From Oleiphilus messinensis (GTDB lineage: Bacteria; Pseudomonadota; Gammaproteobacteria; Pseudomonadales; Oleiphilaceae): a stretch of DNA of 64,000 nucleotides. This document shows, in pieces, positions 59,458 to 64,000 of the stretch. The stretch covers positions 5,953,276-6,017,275 of the forward strand of contig NZ_CP021425.1 in the NCBI RefSeq assembly GCF_002162375.1. The letters run 5' to 3'. Both the position numbers and the translations under genes were made by a program. Each line of letters begins with the position of its first letter. Positions within the stretch are counted from its first letter, which is position 1. A model generated the notes under the pieces. That model saw only the letters and a list, made by a program, of their open reading frames with translations, was not told the DNA's origin and did not search any database.

Positions 59458-60897
59458 CTAGCCTGCCTTTCGACGACGCTTCACGGTTTTGACCGCACTG
59501 TCCTTGGTCAACAGCTGCCGCAACTCAACCAGCGCCTCTCCGGAATAAACTGCCAGATTCTGCATACTGGGCAACGTATCCCGACAGCCGGTATAGCCAA
59601 AATTCAACGACCCCGAATAACTCAGACAGGTGATATTCAAGGCACCGCCGTGGGCAATCAATGACACCGGGTACATCGCTTCAAGTTTGGCACCATTATA
59701 ATAAAGACTCTCCGCAGGCCCGGGGACATTGGAGATCGTAATATTAAACGCCGGACGCATTCTGCCCCCCAGTCCCGTAAGCAACTGCAGGATATAAGGT
59801 GACATCATAAGCATCGTGTAATAATTCAACGCATTTCTGGGCAGGCTCTGGAGGTGTTCCTTGGCGGTTCGGGTTGATTCTTTGATCGTTTCCAGTCGCG
59901 CCAGAGGATCCGCGACATCCGTTGCCAGGCTGGCGATCATGAAACTTATCGCCGTTCCGGTGCCATCGTCATCTGCAGGTCGAATATTTACCGGAATACC
60001 TGCCGTCAGCGGGTGATCGGGCAAACAGTTACGCTCGCTCAAAAAGCGGCGCAAGGCTGAGCCACAAAGATACAGCACAATATCATTTAATGAGGCATCC
60101 ACCTCTTTGGCCAGCGCTTTGATATCGTCCAACGCGTATTGCTGAGTTGCAAACCGGCGTTGCGCTTCAACCCGTTTATTCAATACCGATTGCGGGCCTA
60201 CAAATGGTGCGGCAAGCTCGTCACGCTCCTGAGTCGCAGCACTCACCAGACGCCCTAATGCACCTGCCAGTTTAGGTACTGAAGATGCCTGCGCCCGCAC
60301 TGCATCCACCGCCTGAAGAATCGCGCCCTGCATGGTTGGAACATGGTCGTCAGCGAGACCCAATGGTCGTTTTTTGGGGCCGATAGACCATGGCGCCTGC
60401 ATTTCTTTTTTATTGGGATCGTTTGAGAGAATACGTTGCAGCAATCTCACGCCACTGATGCCATCAATCAGGGAGTGGTGCATTTTGGTGTACATCGCAA
60501 ACCGGTTATTTTCCAGCCCTTCGATGATGTGGCATTCCCAAAGGGGGCGTTTGAAGTCGAGGTGATTCGAGTGTAACCGGGAAATCAACACCCCGAGCTC
60601 GCGCTCACCGCCGGGTTTAGGTAAAGCGGAATGCCTTACGTGGTAGTCCAGGTCAATATTCTCATCCACAACCCAGGCAGGCGCAAGAATCCGGGCCAGT
60701 CGACTGGATTTGGCTAACTTCAGGTTCCAGGGCGGCACCACTTCGCAGGCCGCCTTCATCCTCGCAACTTCATCCCGCAGGTATGTGACCGGAGCCCCTT
60801 CTGGCATGGAGAAAATCTGCAGATTGCCCACATGCATCGGGGTGTCTTCAGAGTCCACTGCCAGCCATGAGGCATCAAGTATATTCATTCTTTTCAT
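59458..60897 (-). CDS. wax ester synthase/diacylglycerol acyltransferase (WS/DGAT)
   Basis: HHSLIDGISG (HHxxxDG active-site motif), 479 aa, family-typical N-terminus MHVGNLQIF. Confidence 0.85.
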   Translation of the reverse strand: MKRMNILDASWLAVDSEDTPMHVGNLQIFSMPEGAPVTYLRDEVARMKAACEVVPPWNLKLAKSSRLARILAPAWVVDENIDLDYHVRHSALPKPGGERELGVLISRLHSNHLDFKRPLWECHIIEGLENNRFAMYTKMHHSLIDGISGVRLLQRILSNDPNKKEMQAPWSIGPKKRPLGLADDHVPTMQGAILQAVDAVRAQASSVPKLAGALGRLVSAATQERDELAAPFVGPQSVLNKRVEAQRRFATQQYALDDIKALAKEVDASLNDIVLYLCGSALRRFLSERNCLPDHPLTAGIPVNIRPADDDGTGTAISFMIASLATDVADPLARLETIKESTRTAKEHLQSLPRNALNYYTMLMMSPYILQLLTGLGGRMRPAFNITISNVPGPAESLYYNGAKLEAMYPVSLIAHGGALNITCLSYSGSLNFGYTGCRDTLPSMQNLAVYSGEALVELRQLLTKDSAVKTVKRRRKAG

Positions 60898-61186
60898 AAT
60901 CCGATCCTTCCTTGAGTGATTTTTAGTTGTAATAAGTGTCTGTCAAATTGGCAGTTTCGATTGCACTGCAGATTATCACTGACTGTGCACACCAGTAGGT
61001 TCACTGCAAATAAACCCTGCCAATCTCTGAACGTAATCATTTGTTACAAAGCCTGAGCATTATAAAGATGTCAGTTTAAATTCCTACGACCTGGATCATG
61101 GGATTCGGACTTCGTTAACAAAAATGACGCCTAATTCACAAACAACCTCACTCGTACTGTGCCGTTAACAACAAAAATGCCTGCCA

Positions 61187-64000
61187 TCAGAAGTCCGCGT
61201 TCACCGAAGCAGGCGGTGGCGTTGGTGTTTCATTTCTCATTCCGCCGGAAAAAGAACATTGAACACTGATGTTGAAAATATCAGCAGAGGATACCGTCCC
61301 CGTCCCGTTAAACACCGAACAGAATTGATCATCAGGGGGCAGAAACACCTGAACATTGTAGGATTCCCCTGATTTAAGCTCATTGGAGAATTTGAAGCTA
61401 CCATTGCCAAAGGTTTCCGGGGAGCCGTTCAAGGACAGTGTCACCAGGTCACCATTATCAGTCGTAATTCCACCACCGATACTGTATGTGGTGGGCGCAC
61501 AGGTCACCTGGATACTCGTTACATTCCCCCCCGCAACGGTGCCCTGCCCACCGGATACAGTACAATTTTGTTCTGTTTGTTGACTCACAGTAACACTGTA
61601 GCTTTCACCATTTGCAATTGTCTGCGAAAACTGAAAACCACCATTACTGAAAAAAGAGGGCCCCTGACCATTGAGCAACAACGGTACCTGGGTGATTGCA
61701 CCACTAATACTACCGCCCACAACAAATTGCGCGTTTACTGCCTCACACACAATACTGACAGTCACATTCCCCCCGGAAATAACCCCACTGCTATTCGATA
61801 AAGAGCAGGACTGATCAGCTCCTGAACTTAAAAGATCTACTGAGTAGCTCGTTCCATCTTGCAACAGTTCAGCGAACTGGAACGAACCACTTCCAGTCGT
61901 CGTCGCGCTACCGCCATTCAGTGACAATTCAATCGGCTGGGTTGCCCCACTCACATTGACAAGTACCGCGTAGGAAGACACCGTTTGCTCACAGACCACT
62001 TGAATATTGGTTATGTTTGCTCCACTCACTACACCAGAGCCGTTGCTTACAGAGCAGGAGTAGTCCTGAGAAACATTCACGACACTTACTGAATAATTGG
62101 CGCCGTCCGCAAGCTGCTCACTGAAGGTAAATGCGCCCGTAGCTGCAGAAACCGTATCTGTACCATTCAGTCCCAGAATCAGGCCGGAAACTGGACCGGA
62201 AACCGTTCCACCGACTGAAAATGTTGACGCTTGTTCCACACAGCTGATTTGCACATTGGCAATGTTCGCACCCGCAATCACACCACTGCCATTCAGTACC
62301 GAGCAGCTGAAACCTTGAGGCACACTGCCAAGACTCACAGTGTAACTCTCTCCCTCGGCCAGCAACTGACTGAACGTAAATGAACCGCCGGAGGTGGTCA
62401 ATGTTTCCTGACTATTGAGAGCAATAACCAATCCAGTTACAGCCCCGGAAACCGTACCACTCACTGAGAAACCGGAAGGTTCTTCGATCGTGACACAGGA
62501 GACAGACACCAGCACATCACTGCCAGCGATTTGTCCTGAACCATTACTCACAGAACAGACCTGATTGTCTGGCGGAGTTGCAACACTCACACTGTAACTG
62601 GAGCCATCGACCAGCGCTACCGGAAACGAGCTGATACCGTTTGACACGGTTATCTGGCTGGCACTATTCAAGGAAAGCACAACGGACCCGGTCACACCTG
62701 AAACACTCACATCGACGTCATAGTCGTTCGCTGGAGTAACACAGGTCACGTTCACGCTCGTCACATTCGCAGTCTGAATCACGCCGGTGCTATTCGATAT
62801 TGAACATTGCTGGGTACCTGCAACATTGCTCAACACGACACTGAAACTGTCACCTGAGCTCAACACACTGGGGAATTGGAACGCACCGTTGGTGATGGTC
62901 ACGGTATAGTTACCGTTCAAGGTAAGCGTCAATGCCGAGTTGGAGCCCGAGACGGTTCCACCCACAGCATACGTCTGCTCGGTTGGTGTAATACAGGTAA
63001 CGCTTACGCTGGATATATCACTATTCGAGATTGACCCGCTACCGCCCGAAAGCGAGCATTCCTGAGTGCTCGGGCTGGACACGATTTGTACCGAATAGGC
63101 TGAGCCTGCAGGCAGCGAATCCGGGAACTGGAAGGATTGATTGCCCGTCAGCGTCAAGGTACTTTGACCGTTAAGCGACAATTGCAGCGTTCCATTCAGG
63201 CCGGAGACACTGCCACCAACGCTAAATTCGAGTGATGCGGTGTCTTCACAAGTAATCGCGAGATCGGTAACGTCGGTGTTCGATATAGTACCGGTACCAT
63301 TGTTTACGGTACAGGTCTGACCGGTGGGCGATGAAATCAGCGTAACGGTATAAGACGCGCCATTTGTTAACTCGCTGGAGAAGACAAATGACCCATTACT
63401 GAAGACATTGGCTATCCCACCGTTCAAACGCAGCCCGATTTGCCCGTCCGCACCAGAAATTTGACCGCCGACGGTAAAGGATGAAGGCTGATCTTCACAA
63501 TTGACCTGGATATCCGCCACATCCGAACCACTGACTGTGCCGGACGCGGAGGAAAGCGCACAAGATTGGCCATTTGGCGCGGTGATCAAACTGACTGAGT
63601 AGGTCTGTCCATTTTGCAGCTGAACGGTAAACTGGCCAATGCCATTGCTGAAAAGCTCAGTGGACGCACCATTGAGGCTCAGGCCAACCTGATCACTGGC
63701 GCCCTGCACCAATACCGAAACATTAAAGCCGGTTTCATCCTGGCAAACAATTGCGATATTGGTAATCGATGCATCCGAGATGGTGCCTTGGTTATTGGCA
63801 ATCTGACAGGTTTGTCCTGCGGGTGTATCGGTCAATTCAACCTGATAGGTTTCTCCAGTCAACAATTGCGTACTGAAGCTGAACGTTCCTGAAGCTGTGG
63901 AAATTTCTTCTGCGCCATTCAATTGTACCGATACACTTCCGGCGATACCCGTTGCAGTACCGGAAACCGTGTACGACTGTTGAATATTGGGCAAGGTTTC
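61187..64000 (-). CDS. giant repetitive surface/secreted protein, C-terminal 935+ aa (5' end beyond window); at least 11 tandem roughly 90-aa Ig-like repeats each with two Cys
   Basis: Repeating unit ...F.V.G.VSG......L.LNG....T..G.F.F...L..G.SY.V.......Q.C.V.NG.G.I....V..V.V.C; open to window edge. Confidence 0.7.
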   Translation of the reverse strand, partial: ETLPNIQQSYTVSGTATGIAGSVSVQLNGAEEISTASGTFSFSTQLLTGETYQVELTDTPAGQTCQIANNQGTISDASITNIAIVCQDETGFNVSVLVQGASDQVGLSLNGASTELFSNGIGQFTVQLQNGQTYSVSLITAPNGQSCALSSASGTVSGSDVADIQVNCEDQPSSFTVGGQISGADGQIGLRLNGGIANVFSNGSFVFSSELTNGASYTVTLISSPTGQTCTVNNGTGTISNTDVTDLAITCEDTASLEFSVGGSVSGLNGTLQLSLNGQSTLTLTGNQSFQFPDSLPAGSAYSVQIVSSPSTQECSLSGGSGSISNSDISSVSVTCITPTEQTYAVGGTVSGSNSALTLTLNGNYTVTITNGAFQFPSVLSSGDSFSVVLSNVAGTQQCSISNSTGVIQTANVTSVNVTCVTPANDYDVDVSVSGVTGSVVLSLNSASQITVSNGISSFPVALVDGSSYSVSVATPPDNQVCSVSNGSGQIAGSDVLVSVSCVTIEEPSGFSVSGTVSGAVTGLVIALNSQETLTTSGGSFTFSQLLAEGESYTVSLGSVPQGFSCSVLNGSGVIAGANIANVQISCVEQASTFSVGGTVSGPVSGLILGLNGTDTVSAATGAFTFSEQLADGANYSVSVVNVSQDYSCSVSNGSGVVSGANITNIQVVCEQTVSSYAVLVNVSGATQPIELSLNGGSATTTGSGSFQFAELLQDGTSYSVDLLSSGADQSCSLSNSSGVISGGNVTVSIVCEAVNAQFVVGGSISGAITQVPLLLNGQGPSFFSNGGFQFSQTIANGESYSVTVSQQTEQNCTVSGGQGTVAGGNVTSIQVTCAPTTYSIGGGITTDNGDLVTLSLNGSPETFGNGSFKFSNELKSGESYNVQVFLPPDDQFCSVFNGTGTVSSADIFNISVQCSFSGGMRNETPTPPPASVNADF

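Overview
This 64 kb window is a chromosomal segment of a gammaproteobacterium, probably marine. That call rests on gene content only: methylcitrate prpR-prpBC-acnD-prpF operon, WS/DGAT wax ester synthase, phasin, Zur/Znu, RND efflux. There are two conserved housekeeping blocks: an RND efflux/two-component operon (15.7-22.0 kb) and the methylcitrate operon (51.2-58.0 kb). The rest is accessory. (1) 1.5-11.6 kb is a c-di-GMP signalling neighbourhood: a 7TMR-DISM GGDEF protein, plus a SiaABCD-like module (SiaD-like GGDEF, SiaC-like DUF1987, SiaB-like kinase). Its SiaA-like partner is a large beta-propeller/Y_Y_Y sensor fused to a PP2C phosphatase that has been split by an IS607-family insertion (serine recombinase TnpA plus a 551-aa TnpB). 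(2) 32.9-41.0 kb is an island at a tRNA-Met(CAU) gene. It holds an IS3 transposase remnant and an array of RHS-core C-terminal toxin/immunity cassettes: one intact gene with its own Sec signal peptide and no Rhs shell, at least three 5'-truncated orphan toxin modules with different toxin tips, and immunity candidates including an ankyrin-repeat protein. It also holds two direct repeats of a degraded DUF1016 (YhcG-like) gene, a fragment of a T1SS/RTX C-terminal secretion domain, and a decayed vapBC-like TA pair, followed by (3) a Zur-linked zinc-uptake cluster with two His-rich envelope proteins. Other features are an aspzincin-like HEXXH protease without a signal peptide, a peptidoglycan hydrolase/lipoprotein pair, a four-gene envelope operon of unknown function, an NYN-cold-shock-domain protein, and the 3' end of a giant tandem-repeat surface protein running off the window. 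No CRISPR array and no rRNA were seen.
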